58,708 bases of DNA from positions 1 to 58,708 of the forward strand of contig JANOAV010000001.1 in the NCBI GenBank assembly GCA_031411295.1. Reading direction: 5' to 3'. The notes beneath the pieces are model-generated. The model was not told the origin of the DNA and ran no database searches. It worked only from the letters and a program-made list of their open reading frames with translations. Position 1 is the first letter of the stretch, and every line of letters begins with the position of its first letter. This document shows positions 1 to 10,045 of the stretch, piece after piece. Origin of the DNA: Verrucomicrobiales bacterium (GTDB taxonomy: Bacteria > Verrucomicrobiota > Verrucomicrobiia > Verrucomicrobiales > V1-33). A program made the translations under genes and the position numbers.

Positions 1-2
1 AA

Positions 3-1301
3 AACGCTGGAAATTCCACCGCCTCCTCCAATGGCCCTACGAACACGAAGCGCAGCACCAACCCCGCAGCCACCGCCAAAGCTCTGCTCGACGCCATGCT
101 CCACAACAGTAGCAAAGGAGGCGGAGAGGACCCCGTGGGCCTCATGCACTTCCGGCTAGCGGTATCCCAGTGCGACGAGGCCACGCTCTCGGACCTGATT
201 GAAGAGCTGCGGGAGATGTCCGCCCGAGACCCGGAAAAGTTTTCCTCAGCGCACCCCGAAGCCGAAGAATGGTGTCAGCTGTTGGTCGAGCGCATGGCTA
301 CCTTGGACCCCATGAAGGCGATCGAAGCGCTCTTAGGATTCAAAGCCGTCCTAGGATTGAAAGCCGCCCTCTTGGATTCCAAGAACGAGGATCTCGAACT
401 CATCTTTTCAACTCTCTCCCAGCAAGATCCCTCGCAAATCCCCACCGCACTGGCCAAATTGGACGCCGAAGGAATGAGAAGCGACGGTGAACGAGCCTGG
501 CTGCTCACGCAGGCCAAGTCCGACCCTGACGCCGTGTTCCAATTCCTCATGGGACGCCAGGACAAAGCCGCGATGAGCCGTAATGACCTTGAGGCAGTTA
601 CCGAGCGTCTCGGACTCTACGCCCCGGAGAAAGCGCTCGCCGTGGTTCAGGAATATCCTCACGAAGGCAGCGGGGATCGGCTCCTATTGAGTGTGATGGG
701 TGCGTGGTTCCGGCGCGATCCCTCTGCAGCCTACTCCCATGCCATGGCCCAAAAGGACGCAGCCATGCTGTTCCCCTGTTTGGAGGATCCCCTTTTCAAG
801 GTGGATTACGCAGCTCTCCGTCAAGCGTTCCCTGAGTTGAAGAGTTCCGCCCTAGAGTTCCGGGAGGTCGTGGCCTATCGAATCGCTAAAGACTTAGCCG
901 GACAGGATATCAACGCCGCCAGGCAATGGGCTGCTACCCTGCCCCCTGCAGACCAAGCCACGGCCAATACCGCCATTGCCGTAAGGTGGATTGAAAATGA
1001 TCCCGCGGCCGCGTCCGAGTGGCTGGCCACCTGGCCTGCGGGGGACGCCAAGGCGTCCGCCGCCTCCCGCCTGATCAAGAAAATCGAGGTGGACGATCCC
1101 GAACGCGCCCTCACTTGGGCCACCAATTGCCTGCAAATAAAGGGCCGCCACGACGTCCTTGCCAGCATCATGAGATCCTTTGTAAAGAAAGACCCCAACG
1201 CCGCCGCCGCCGCCCGCGCTGCCCTCTCAGAGGAAGATCGCACGCTGCTGAAATTCACCGAAGAGACTGCCTCAAGAATCCCCCTCGCACCTGCACCGTA
1301 A
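3..1301 (+). CDS. Hypothetical helical-repeat protein, probably 5'-truncated by the window edge
   Basis: Frame of ORF 96..1301 is open back to position 3; repeated DP-x-xA motifs (DPDAVFQF, DPSAAYSH, DPAAASEW, DPERALTW, DPNAAAAA). Confidence 0.7.
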   Translation, partial: NAGNSTASSNGPTNTKRSTNPAATAKALLDAMLHNSSKGGGEDPVGLMHFRLAVSQCDEATLSDLIEELREMSARDPEKFSSAHPEAEEWCQLLVERMATLDPMKAIEALLGFKAVLGLKAALLDSKNEDLELIFSTLSQQDPSQIPTALAKLDAEGMRSDGERAWLLTQAKSDPDAVFQFLMGRQDKAAMSRNDLEAVTERLGLYAPEKALAVVQEYPHEGSGDRLLLSVMGAWFRRDPSAAYSHAMAQKDAAMLFPCLEDPLFKVDYAALRQAFPELKSSALEFREVVAYRIAKDLAGQDINAARQWAATLPPADQATANTAIAVRWIENDPAAASEWLATWPAGDAKASAASRLIKKIEVDDPERALTWATNCLQIKGRHDVLASIMRSFVKKDPNAAAAARAALSEEDRTLLKFTEETASRIPLAPAP

Positions 1302-1752
1302 TTTCAGGGCTCAATCCCGAGGAACAGGAAACACCTGCCAGGGCAAGGTTGCTGGAAACCGTAAGGCCACCAGCCGCCACCGGATGAATGCGATGATTTG
1401 TCCCCCTCCTTTGCTTGAGAAATTGCCAAAAGCATTCTCGACGCGGGGGGGGCGGCTTTCCATTTACGAATAACGACTGACGAACTGCGATTTACGAAGT
1501 CCCCCCTCTGCCTGCCCCCAAGCTGACTAACGCCCGTCACCGATTCTCCTCTGCCAATCCCACCGGTCGATGAATTCCGCATCCCTCTTGTCTACCTCCG
1601 CGGGGAGGGTAGAGAGCGCAGGCTAAAGCCAGCCGCCAATGCCTTGGTGGATCAAAGCAAACTCGGGAAGGAATTTGCTTTCGACCACCACCCCGCCGAT
1701 GCGCTTTGGACGTTGGATTGACACTCGGAGCATTTTCGTTGATACCTGAGAC

Positions 1753-2100
1753 ATGTCGCCCGAACCACCGCAGAATCCTTATGAATCCCCGCACACGGAA
1801 ACCGCACCCGTGCGCTTCCTGCACCCGAAGGGAATGGGGGGATTCGTGATTTGGTTGCTCACGGGAGTGGCGACTTTATTGCTAGGGATTGTGGCGGGTG
1901 CGATCTCCAATGGCGCCCCTTTAACCCTGGTCGTCATGGTGCTGGTTCTATTGTTTGGAAGTTGGACGTTCGTCAAATCACGCTGGGAAGGGTCAGGGAC
2001 CAGAGCGATGCTGACGGTGGGGATGGCAGTGCTTTTCGCGATCAGCTATATCGGTATCTTTTGGGCGACCTGCTGGGGGATTATAATGTTCTACAAGTGA
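1753..2100 (+). CDS. Small membrane protein (about 3 TM helices)
   Basis: NPYESP N-terminal motif followed by three hydrophobic segments; terminator downstream. Confidence 0.7.
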   Translation: MSPEPPQNPYESPHTETAPVRFLHPKGMGGFVIWLLTGVATLLLGIVAGAISNGAPLTLVVMVLVLLFGSWTFVKSRWEGSGTRAMLTVGMAVLFAISYIGIFWATCWGIIMFYK

Positions 2101-2132
2101 TGGTGCGGGATTTCTGGCCGGGAGGGGATTAC

Positions 2133-2171
2133 AAAAAAACCTCCGACCCTTTGCAGGTTCGGAGGTTTTTT
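2133..2171. terminator. Bidirectional rho-independent terminator
   Basis: AAAAAACCTCCGA...TCGGAGGTTTTTT inverted repeat between convergent genes. Confidence 0.85.
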
Positions 2172-2194
2172 GAGGTCTATGCTTTGCGGGAAAT

Positions 2195-4324
2195 TTAGTG
2201 GCGACGACGGCGGCGGGCTAGCAGGGCAATGCCGCCGAGCCCCAGCAGCACAGAAGCGGGCTCTGGCACGAAGGTGATGGTGCCGTTCGTCGTCAGGTTG
2301 TTAATCCAATACTCATTGCCCGAGGTGGCGGGAAGATTGACGGTGGCGAAGGTGCCGGAAATAGTGGCCGCGTCGAAGAGGTTGAAAGTGTCTCCGTTGG
2401 CGAAGGTGCCGCCCAGGGGGATGACATTCAGCGTTCCGCCAAGGGTTAGGTTACCCACGACGTTGGCTAAGTCGGCATCCGGCAAGGTGAGTTTGATAAT
2501 CTCAAAATTGCTGATGGAGGTGGCTCCCAAGCTTAAGTTGCTGGAGAAGTTCTCGGTGCCAATCGAATTGCCAGGGGCCAAGGTGCCCGAGCCAATACTG
2601 ACGTTGCCCATGACGGTTCCCTTACCGGTGAGGGTTTGGCTTGCGAGCAAGGTTAGTCCCGATGCGGAGGCGTCCAAGGTGGCTCCAGTTGCGACATCAA
2701 TTTGACCCGCCCCACCCAGTCCGCCCGTGGCGCTGAGGGTCAGCGTGCCGCCCGCAACAAAGGTGCCTCCAGTGTGCGTGGTGATGCCGTTGAGGCTGAG
2801 GCTGCCGCTCCCTTGTTTGGTGAGTGAACCCACCCCATTCAGGGCCACCGCAGTGCCGATCGCGAAACCATTGGTATCGATCTTCGCCCCGCCAGCCTTG
2901 ATTTCCACGGAGGAAGCGGCCATCGGCGTGCTCGTGGGAGCAAACCCATTGGCGACGTCCTGCATGGTGAAAAACTCCGCCTGATTGCTGCTGGCTTTGA
3001 GCACGCCACCGTTCAAGTTTACTTTAGCGGTGCCGGATCCTTGACCAATAAATGGAGTGGTCAGCGTGCCGCCGTTGAGATTTAGCGTGCCATTGGCGGC
3101 AGCCCCAACGTGACCGATGCTCACACCGCCTGCCGAGACAACGTTGCCGGTGCCGGAAATGTTGGCCGTGCCCGTTCCTTCCTCGCCAATGACTAAGCGA
3201 GCGCCAGAGTTGGCTTGATTGAAGGTGCCGCCAGAGATATTGGCGACGCCGGTGCTGCCTGTAAAGCGCCCGATGACCGGCCATTGATTCTGATTAATGG
3301 TGCCGCCGGTTTGATTAAAGGTGCCATTTCCACCGCGTCCGATCTGGAAATGACTGTCAACGTCAGCGGTGCCTCCACTCATGGTCCAAGTGCCAGTGCT
3401 GCCTGCGCCTCCAGCGATGCTGGAGTCATCATTGCCACCGAGAATATGATAGTATCCACCAGTCTGGGTAAAGAAACCGGAGTAACCTGCTCCCCCATGG
3501 CCGAGTTCGATATTCCGGGAGGTCAAGGTTCCTGCATTCAGCGTGTAGGCGCCAGAGCTGGTGGCCTGGGCTCCATTCTCGTGCGAACCAAGCCAGAACC
3601 GGGCCGCACCGTCGGTGGCTCCAAAATTCACCGTTCCACCGTTTTGCGTCATGTCCCCGGAACTACCCCGGCCACTTTCGGTTTCACCGATGATGGCCCA
3701 AGAGTTGGCGTTGAGCGTGCCATTGGTCATGAGGACGTGACCGGTAGCCCCGGTGGTGCCTACGGAGAAGTCACTATTCAAAGTAATCGTCCCGGTGGTG
3801 TTAATGTTTAAATTGCCCACGGTGCCAGTGCTGTTGTCACCCCGATTACCACCGACATAAAGTCGATTGGCCAGGATGGAACTAGCACCAGTCAATGAAA
3901 GCGTGCCCGTGGCGTTAGTATCTTTCCCCACGATGATGCGATTATCACCGGAGAAGGAACTGGTGCCGCTCATGTTCCAAGTGCCGGTCCCACCGTCCAT
4001 GCCAACAAAGACCCAACCGTTGTTGATATTGAACGCGCCCGCAGTGTGGTTGACGGTGCCAGCGTTGCCGGTGCCGCGGCCTACGAAAGTATCCTGCAAG
4101 TCAAGGCCGCTACCACCGCCATCCGTATCCTGAGCGATCGTCACCGTCTTCCCTGCATCGATGTAGGCGTGGTTCCCGCCGCCACCTTGAGGAGGTCCAC
4201 CGGGAGTCCAGTTGCCCGGCGTATACCAGTCACCGTTGGCAACATTAAAATGATAATCTATCGCTAACAGCGGGGAAGCCATCGAACTGATGGCCAAAAT
4301 AAGGTGAATTTTATGGGATTTCAT
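2195..4324 (-). CDS. PEP-CTERM surface protein with Gly-rich beta-strand repeats and an autotransporter-associated beta-strand repeat
   Basis: Signal peptide MKSHKIHLILAISSMASPLLA (ATG at 4324); LTKQGSGSLSLNGITTHTGGT repeat; C-terminal VPEPASVLLGLGGIALLARRRRRH. Confidence 0.92.
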   Translation of the reverse strand: MKSHKIHLILAISSMASPLLAIDYHFNVANGDWYTPGNWTPGGPPQGGGGNHAYIDAGKTVTIAQDTDGGGSGLDLQDTFVGRGTGNAGTVNHTAGAFNINNGWVFVGMDGGTGTWNMSGTSSFSGDNRIIVGKDTNATGTLSLTGASSILANRLYVGGNRGDNSTGTVGNLNINTTGTITLNSDFSVGTTGATGHVLMTNGTLNANSWAIIGETESGRGSSGDMTQNGGTVNFGATDGAARFWLGSHENGAQATSSGAYTLNAGTLTSRNIELGHGGAGYSGFFTQTGGYYHILGGNDDSSIAGGAGSTGTWTMSGGTADVDSHFQIGRGGNGTFNQTGGTINQNQWPVIGRFTGSTGVANISGGTFNQANSGARLVIGEEGTGTANISGTGNVVSAGGVSIGHVGAAANGTLNLNGGTLTTPFIGQGSGTAKVNLNGGVLKASSNQAEFFTMQDVANGFAPTSTPMAASSVEIKAGGAKIDTNGFAIGTAVALNGVGSLTKQGSGSLSLNGITTHTGGTFVAGGTLTLSATGGLGGAGQIDVATGATLDASASGLTLLASQTLTGKGTVMGNVSIGSGTLAPGNSIGTENFSSNLSLGATSISNFEIIKLTLPDADLANVVGNLTLGGTLNVIPLGGTFANGDTFNLFDAATISGTFATVNLPATSGNEYWINNLTTNGTITFVPEPASVLLGLGGIALLARRRRRH

Positions 4325-4586
4325 GGGGATTGGTAAAATCTGCGGGGATTTCAAAAGCTTGGAATGGGGACTCCACAGATTAATTAGCCGTTTTAGTGTA
4401 AAAAATTCTATCACCAAGAGAAAATACCGTTTTCTCCGGTTTTGGCTTAAGATTGACTTAGACTCTCTACTCCATGACCGAAAAACTCTAAAACAAAAGG
4501 CTAGCGCACAGTTGTGACGGGTAGGCCTTGCGTCTGGCGGAGTTGGTGGCAGTGATGAGATGGAACCTTTTCACTTTTAGTTATTC

Positions 4587-5720
4587 ATGGCCCGTTTGTT
4601 TCTCGTAGTCGGTGAACGCAGTGGAGATCGGCATGGAGCTGGTCTGATGGAATCGCTGTGCGCTCGTCCCAGCGAGGCTTGGGTCTTCTCTGGTTTGGGT
4701 GGCCCGCAGATGAAGGCGCTCGCACCAGAGATTGACGACTGGGTGGAGGAGGCGGGCGTGGTAGGGTTAGTGGAGGTCTTGCGAAAGTATGGCTGGTTCC
4801 GTCGGAAATTTGCCGCCACCCTGCAACGCATTGCCACGGAGCAACCGGATGCGGTGGTGTTGATCGATTACCCGGGCTTCAATCTACGCCTGGCCAAGGC
4901 CCTGCGGCAGGCAAAGTTTCCGGGGAAAATCATCTATTACATCAGCCCACAAGTCTGGGCCTGGCATCGGGGGCGCATTCCGCAGATGGCGCAGATGCTG
5001 GATCTGATGCTCTGTATTTTCCCCTTCGAAAAGGTGCTGTATGAAGGCTACGGGCTCAAAACCGAGTTTGCGGGACACCCGTTAGTGTCCTGGCACCAGG
5101 GGCAGGATCGAGGAGTCGTCCGGGAGGAAAATTTAATTGGGCTGTTTCCCGGCAGTCGGAAACGGGAGATCACCAAGTTGTTTCCGGTGTTGCTGGAGAC
5201 CGCGCAACGGATGGCGGTGGCGCATCCAGCATTCCGCTTCGTCGCCAGCGCGGCCTCCCCCAAGCTGGCAGCCATGATGGAAACGATGCTCCAGCAGCAA
5301 CCCGCCCCTAACCTGACGATTGAAACTGGGACCGTTTACGATCTCATGCGTCGCTGCACTCTGGGAGCGGTTGCCAGCGGGACCGCCACGCTGGAGGCAG
5401 CCATTCTTGGGCTGCCCCACTGTCTGATCTACAAGGTGGCCGCTCCGACGTATTTCATTGGCAAACGATTGGTCAAAGTCCCCTACCTGGGGATCGTTAA
5501 TATTCTGGCCGGCCGGGAGATGGTGAAAGAATTGATCCAACACGAATGCACGGGAGCCACCGTCAGTCAGGAACTCCTGCGGTTGGCAGACCATCCGGAA
5601 GTAAGGACGCAATTGCAGTCCGAACTGGCCCAGGTCATCGCAGACTTGGGCTCGGGGGATGCCTATGCTCGGGCGGCGGAGTTGGTTAGTGGAAGTATCG
5701 ATTCAGCAGGGCCAGCCTAG
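4587..5720 (+). CDS. lpxB: Lipid-A-disaccharide synthase
   Basis: GERSGD, IDYPGFN, YISPQVWAW, FPGSRKREI, SGTATLE motifs. Confidence 0.95.
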   Translation: MARLFLVVGERSGDRHGAGLMESLCARPSEAWVFSGLGGPQMKALAPEIDDWVEEAGVVGLVEVLRKYGWFRRKFAATLQRIATEQPDAVVLIDYPGFNLRLAKALRQAKFPGKIIYYISPQVWAWHRGRIPQMAQMLDLMLCIFPFEKVLYEGYGLKTEFAGHPLVSWHQGQDRGVVREENLIGLFPGSRKREITKLFPVLLETAQRMAVAHPAFRFVASAASPKLAAMMETMLQQQPAPNLTIETGTVYDLMRRCTLGAVASGTATLEAAILGLPHCLIYKVAAPTYFIGKRLVKVPYLGIVNILAGREMVKELIQHECTGATVSQELLRLADHPEVRTQLQSELAQVIADLGSGDAYARAAELVSGSIDSAGPA

Positions 5721-5793
5721 CAACGGTCAGGTTCGCGCGACAAAATAATTCCCGTTTGCCAGAGTCCCCGGCAGCGTTCACAAATTGCTTATT

Positions 5794-6984
5794 ATGATCG
5801 TAGCTCCCAAAATCCGTGGTTTCATCTGCACCACCGCCCATCCGGACGGTTGTGCGCAACATGTTCGTGAACAAATCGCTGTCGTCAAAAGCCGTGGCGT
5901 CATGCCGCACGGGCCGAAGAAGGTGCTGGTGATCGGTTCCTCCACGGGCTATGGGCTCTCTTCCCGCATTGCCGCTGCCTTCGGAGCCAATGCCGCCACC
6001 ATCGGAGTGTTCTTCGAAAAGCCAGGTGAAGCGGACCGCTGCGGAACCGCTGGGTGGTATAATTCGGCAGCCTTTGAAAAGGAAGCCAAGGCGGCCGGGC
6101 TCTATGCACGATCCTTCAATGGCGATGCATTTTCCGATCCCATCAAGGCCGAGGTCATTGCCGCGATCAAAGCAGACCTCGGACAAGTGGACTGCGTCGT
6201 TTACAGCCTTGCCTCGCCCCGCCGCACCGATCCGAAATCGGGGGAAGTTTACAAATCCTGTCTCAAGCCGATTGGGGAAACTTATACTAACAAGAACCTC
6301 AACACCACCAGTGGCGTCGTGAATTCCGTGTCCATCGAGCCCGCTGAAGGCGACGATATCGCGCAGACCGTAGCAGTGATGGGTGGCGAGGACTGGGCGC
6401 TGTGGATCGATGCTCTGCAAGCTGCGGGCGTTCTGGCCGAAGGCGTGCAGACGGTTGCCTACAGTTACATCGGGCCTGCCGTGACGTGGCCGATCTACAA
6501 AAATGGCACCATCGGCCGTGCCAAAGAGGACTTGGAACGCGTGCAGCGTGAACTCGATGGGAAACTGGCCCCACTCAAAGGCAAAGCCTGGGTCTCCGTG
6601 AACAAAGCGCTCGTCACCCAAGCCAGTTCCGCCATCCCCGTGGTGCCACTCTATATTTCCCTGCTCTATAAGGTGATGAAGGCGGATGGCACGCACGAAG
6701 ACACCATCGAACAAATGGACCGCCTCTTCCGGGATCGCCTCTACAGCGGTAATCCGCAGCCAGACGAAGCCGGTCGCATCCGCGTGGACGACTGGGAAAT
6801 GACGCCTGCCGTGCAATCGTTGGTGGGCCAGCGTTGGGAGGAAGTGAATACCGAGAATCTCAGCGAGCTGGGTGACTTTGCCGGTTACCAAAGCAGCTTC
6901 CTCCGACTCTTCGGCTTCGGCCTGGCCGGGGTGGACTACGCGGCCGAGGCGGATGTCAGCATCGGCGTGCCCTCGATTGGTTAG
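5794..6984 (+). CDS. fabV: Enoyl-ACP / trans-2-enoyl-CoA reductase FabV
   Basis: RGFICTTAHPDGC, GSSTGYGL, YSLASPRR, VMGGEDW, KALVTQASSAIP motifs. Confidence 0.95.
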   Translation: MIVAPKIRGFICTTAHPDGCAQHVREQIAVVKSRGVMPHGPKKVLVIGSSTGYGLSSRIAAAFGANAATIGVFFEKPGEADRCGTAGWYNSAAFEKEAKAAGLYARSFNGDAFSDPIKAEVIAAIKADLGQVDCVVYSLASPRRTDPKSGEVYKSCLKPIGETYTNKNLNTTSGVVNSVSIEPAEGDDIAQTVAVMGGEDWALWIDALQAAGVLAEGVQTVAYSYIGPAVTWPIYKNGTIGRAKEDLERVQRELDGKLAPLKGKAWVSVNKALVTQASSAIPVVPLYISLLYKVMKADGTHEDTIEQMDRLFRDRLYSGNPQPDEAGRIRVDDWEMTPAVQSLVGQRWEEVNTENLSELGDFAGYQSSFLRLFGFGLAGVDYAAEADVSIGVPSIG

Positions 6985-7096
6985 GCAAAACGCACCTCCG
7001 CCGTCTTTACGTAGGAGGCACCTCGCGAAACTCTGCTAATGGTTCCCCGCGGCGTTTTGCTCCGCAATTTCAAACTTAAAACCCCACAATTGTTTC

Positions 7097-7753
7097 ATGA
7101 AAATTCTCTCCTTGCTGAGCGCGCTGCTCATTACTGCTGGCTTCACCTCGCACGTGGCTGCTCAAGACAAGACAGCCGATGGCTTCGTCGCGTTGTTCGA
7201 TGGCAAATCCTTGGATGGCTGGAAATCCAATGATGAAGACAAGGAAAAGAAAATCTTCTCCGTAGCCAATGGCGAACTGGTCGTGAAAGGCGGCCGTGCG
7301 CACCTCTTTTATGAGGGCAAGGACGGCAAAGCCTCCTTCAAAAACTTCATTTACAAGGCCAAGGTCCTCACGAAACCTAACGCGAACTCCGGCCTCTACA
7401 TCCACACCGAATACCAAGCCAGCGACTGGCCAAAGAAAGGTTACGAGTGCCAAGTGAACAATAGTTTCGACAAAGACCCGCGCAAGACCGGCAGCTTGTA
7501 TGCCGTGCTCGACTTCAAGGAAAAGATCGTCCCGGACAATGAGTGGTTCGACTACGAAATCACCGTGCAGGACAAACACATCGTCATCAAAATCAACGGT
7601 AAAGTGACCGCCGACTACACCGAAAAAACAGGCGATGCCCGCCAAGGTGGCAATGAAGGCCGCTGGCTCAGCTCCGGCACCTTTGCCATCCAAGCCCACG
7701 ATCCAGGCTGTGAAGTGCACTACAAGGACATCATGGTGAAGGCACTGCCATAA
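7097..7753 (+). CDS. DUF1080 / 3-keto-disaccharide hydrolase family secreted protein
   Basis: Signal peptide; LFDGKSLDGW, NSGLY, GYECQV, TGSLY, IQAHDPG motifs. Confidence 0.9.
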   Translation: MKILSLLSALLITAGFTSHVAAQDKTADGFVALFDGKSLDGWKSNDEDKEKKIFSVANGELVVKGGRAHLFYEGKDGKASFKNFIYKAKVLTKPNANSGLYIHTEYQASDWPKKGYECQVNNSFDKDPRKTGSLYAVLDFKEKIVPDNEWFDYEITVQDKHIVIKINGKVTADYTEKTGDARQGGNEGRWLSSGTFAIQAHDPGCEVHYKDIMVKALP

Positions 7754-7773
7754 CCACCCGCTCTCTCCATCGC

Positions 7774-7806
7774 AAACGGCCCGCAGTGAACCACTGCGGG
7801 CTGTTT
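7774..7806 (+). terminator. Rho-independent terminator
   Basis: AAACGGCCCGCAGTG-AAC-CACTGCGGGCTGTTT hairpin after the stop codon. Confidence 0.7.
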
Positions 7807-7899
7807 CGTTATCGGCCAGCGGTTTGACAAAATTCTTTCTTAAAACCGCTCGCACCCTGCTTGCCGATGACGCATCAATGCCCTATTCTCCATTCCATC

Positions 7900-8823
7900 A
7901 TGAAATTAATTGCCTCCTGCTTCGTCCTTGCTCTTAGCCTAACGCATGCCGCGGTCCCAGACGCGGAGTTGCTCGAACTCGTGAAAAATCGGGCCAAGTT
8001 GGAGTGCTTCACCCCCCAACCGAAATTGGTCACTTCGAAGTTTGCAGAACTCTGTCGGAAATTGACCCCAGAGGAAACGGCTGAGTTGGCCAAGGACCCT
8101 CATGCCGCCGCCGCCATTCACATTTACGGCAACGACACCGCCGTTCAACCCTACTTCGACCCCTGGGGGAAATTCCCCGAAGGCAGTTTCGTGCTCAAAG
8201 AAAAACTCACGACTTCAGACCAAAAAACGCAGGGGTTCACTGGCATGCTCAAGCGGGAGACCGGATATTTCCCAGCTGGTGGTGATTGGGAATATTTTAC
8301 CGTTGATGGCGCGGTCACCAAGTTGGAAGCGCGCGGTAAAATTCAATCCTGTGCCGACTGCCACGCCAGCCACAACAAAGGCGACGGCATCACCAAACTC
8401 TCCGCTGCGGCCGTGCAAATCACCGATGGTCGCATCATGCTGCATTCCAGCAAAGCCACTCCCCATGGCGAGAAACTACAGTATGAAGAAATTGAGAAAA
8501 AGAACACGTTAGGATTCTGGGTGAACCCAGCGGACTGGGCGGAGTGGAAATTCAACGTCGCCCAACCCGGAACCTACACCATCCACCTCTGGCAGGGCTG
8601 CGGCAAAGGCAGTGGGGGCGCAGAGATTGAGATTCTGAGCGCTGGCCAGAGCAACAAATTCATCGTCGAAGACACCGGACATTTCCAGAACTTCAAGGAA
8701 CGTGAAGTGGGCACCATCACCTTCGCTAACGCCGGCCCCCAAAGCTTGGAACTCCACGCCCGCACCAAACCCGGCGGAGCAGTGATGGATTGCCGGCAAA
8801 TCATCCTCGTCCCCAAACGGTAA
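7900..8823 (+). CDS. Cytochrome P460-family domain fused to a CBM-like beta-sandwich
   Basis: Signal peptide; FPEGSFVLKEK, MLKRETGY..GGDWEYF, heme motif CADCH; C-terminal WAEWKFNV..PGTY..DTGHFQNF domain. Confidence 0.75.
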   Translation: MKLIASCFVLALSLTHAAVPDAELLELVKNRAKLECFTPQPKLVTSKFAELCRKLTPEETAELAKDPHAAAAIHIYGNDTAVQPYFDPWGKFPEGSFVLKEKLTTSDQKTQGFTGMLKRETGYFPAGGDWEYFTVDGAVTKLEARGKIQSCADCHASHNKGDGITKLSAAAVQITDGRIMLHSSKATPHGEKLQYEEIEKKNTLGFWVNPADWAEWKFNVAQPGTYTIHLWQGCGKGSGGAEIEILSAGQSNKFIVEDTGHFQNFKEREVGTITFANAGPQSLELHARTKPGGAVMDCRQIILVPKR

Positions 8824-9156
8824 GCTGCAGGAGGTCCACGTCGATGACGGAGCGGACTTCCTCAATGGGCTTGGGGTTGTAGGGTTCATTGTGATCGAAG
8901 GCCCCGCGCACCGTTTCCGCCGGGAGCAGACTGCGATGTGGGGGGAAGCGGAGGGAATGAAGATGCGGACCGTGTGGGGTTGATTCCGCCGACTCGTATC
9001 GACCAGCAGTGAGAACCGTTTCCTGCGCGGTTTCACTTCGCCCCCGCAAAATATTCAGTTGCCGCCGGGGCAAGTCGCTTGCATGGCTGAGGACGATTTA
9101 ATTTGGTCCGTCCGTGTGATGGTGCCAGCATCTTTACCCAAGCAACCACGATCCCC

Positions 9157-10038
9157 ATGAAATTTTCCGGTGTTATTACCGCCGTCGTCACTCCCTTCGC
9201 CAATGGCCAAGTCGATGAAGCTGCGTTTCGCAAAATCATTGATTTCCAATTCGAGAATGGCGTGAGCGGCATTGTGCCTTGCGGCACCACGGGCGAGAGC
9301 CCTACGCTGAATTACGAGGAACATCATCGCGTGGTGGAAATGGCCGTGGAGTTTGCGGCGGGTCGGGGTGAAGTGGTAGCGGGCACGGGCTCCAACAGCA
9401 CGGACGAAGCCATCGAACTAACACAAGCGGCCGAGAAGGCGGGCGCAACGGGTTCCCTGCAAGTGGCCCCTTACTATAACAAGCCCAGCCAGGAAGGGCT
9501 CTACCAGCATTTCAAGAAAATAGCCGCCAACACCGGGCTGCCGATCATTCTGTATAGCATTCCCGGACGTTGCGGGATTGAGATTGCCCCGGAAACGACG
9601 ATTCGGCTGGCGCAAGATTGCCCGAACATTGTGGCGATGAAGGAAGCTGGTGGTTCCCCCGAGCGGGTGAGCCAACTGGTGGCCGGTTGCGGTCCTAACT
9701 TCGATGTCATGAGTGGCGATGACGGTCTGACGCTGCCGTTCATGGCGGTGGGTGCCACGGGCATCATCAGCGTGGCCGCCAACATCATTCCCGGTCCCAT
9801 GAGTGAACTGGTGGCGCTGGCGCTGAAGGGAGATTTCCTGGGCGCGCGGAAGATTCATGAGAAATATTACCGCCTGCTGGCAGCGTTTCTAAAACTGGAC
9901 GTGAACCCCGTGCCGATCAAGACCGCCATGGCCCTGAAAGGCTTCTGTTCCGCTGAAGTGCGCCTGCCGTTAGTGGACATGGCCGCAGAAAAAGCCTCCG
10001 AGCTAAAAGGCATCCTCACAGACTTGGGCGTCCTGTAA
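9157..10038 (+). CDS. dapA: 4-hydroxy-tetrahydrodipicolinate synthase
   Basis: GTTGESPTL, GTGSNST, PYYNKPSQEG, MKEAGG, NPVPIK motifs. Confidence 0.97.
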   Translation: MKFSGVITAVVTPFANGQVDEAAFRKIIDFQFENGVSGIVPCGTTGESPTLNYEEHHRVVEMAVEFAAGRGEVVAGTGSNSTDEAIELTQAAEKAGATGSLQVAPYYNKPSQEGLYQHFKKIAANTGLPIILYSIPGRCGIEIAPETTIRLAQDCPNIVAMKEAGGSPERVSQLVAGCGPNFDVMSGDDGLTLPFMAVGATGIISVAANIIPGPMSELVALALKGDFLGARKIHEKYYRLLAAFLKLDVNPVPIKTAMALKGFCSAEVRLPLVDMAAEKASELKGILTDLGVL

Positions 10039-10045
10039 TTTTCCC

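Noticed and set aside
1302..1752. Intergenic ORFs, ATTTACGAA doublet and small hairpin near 1590-1613
   Set aside because: No recognisable family or RNA motif; compatible with chance
5686..6891. Long antisense ORF opposite fabV (and similar ones opposite other genes)
   Set aside because: Antisense shadows of GC-rich coding sequence
8824..9100. Possible small gene or remnant between the P460 gene and dapA (8801..9073 -)
   Set aside because: No recognisable motif, overlaps the upstream gene, no convincing start
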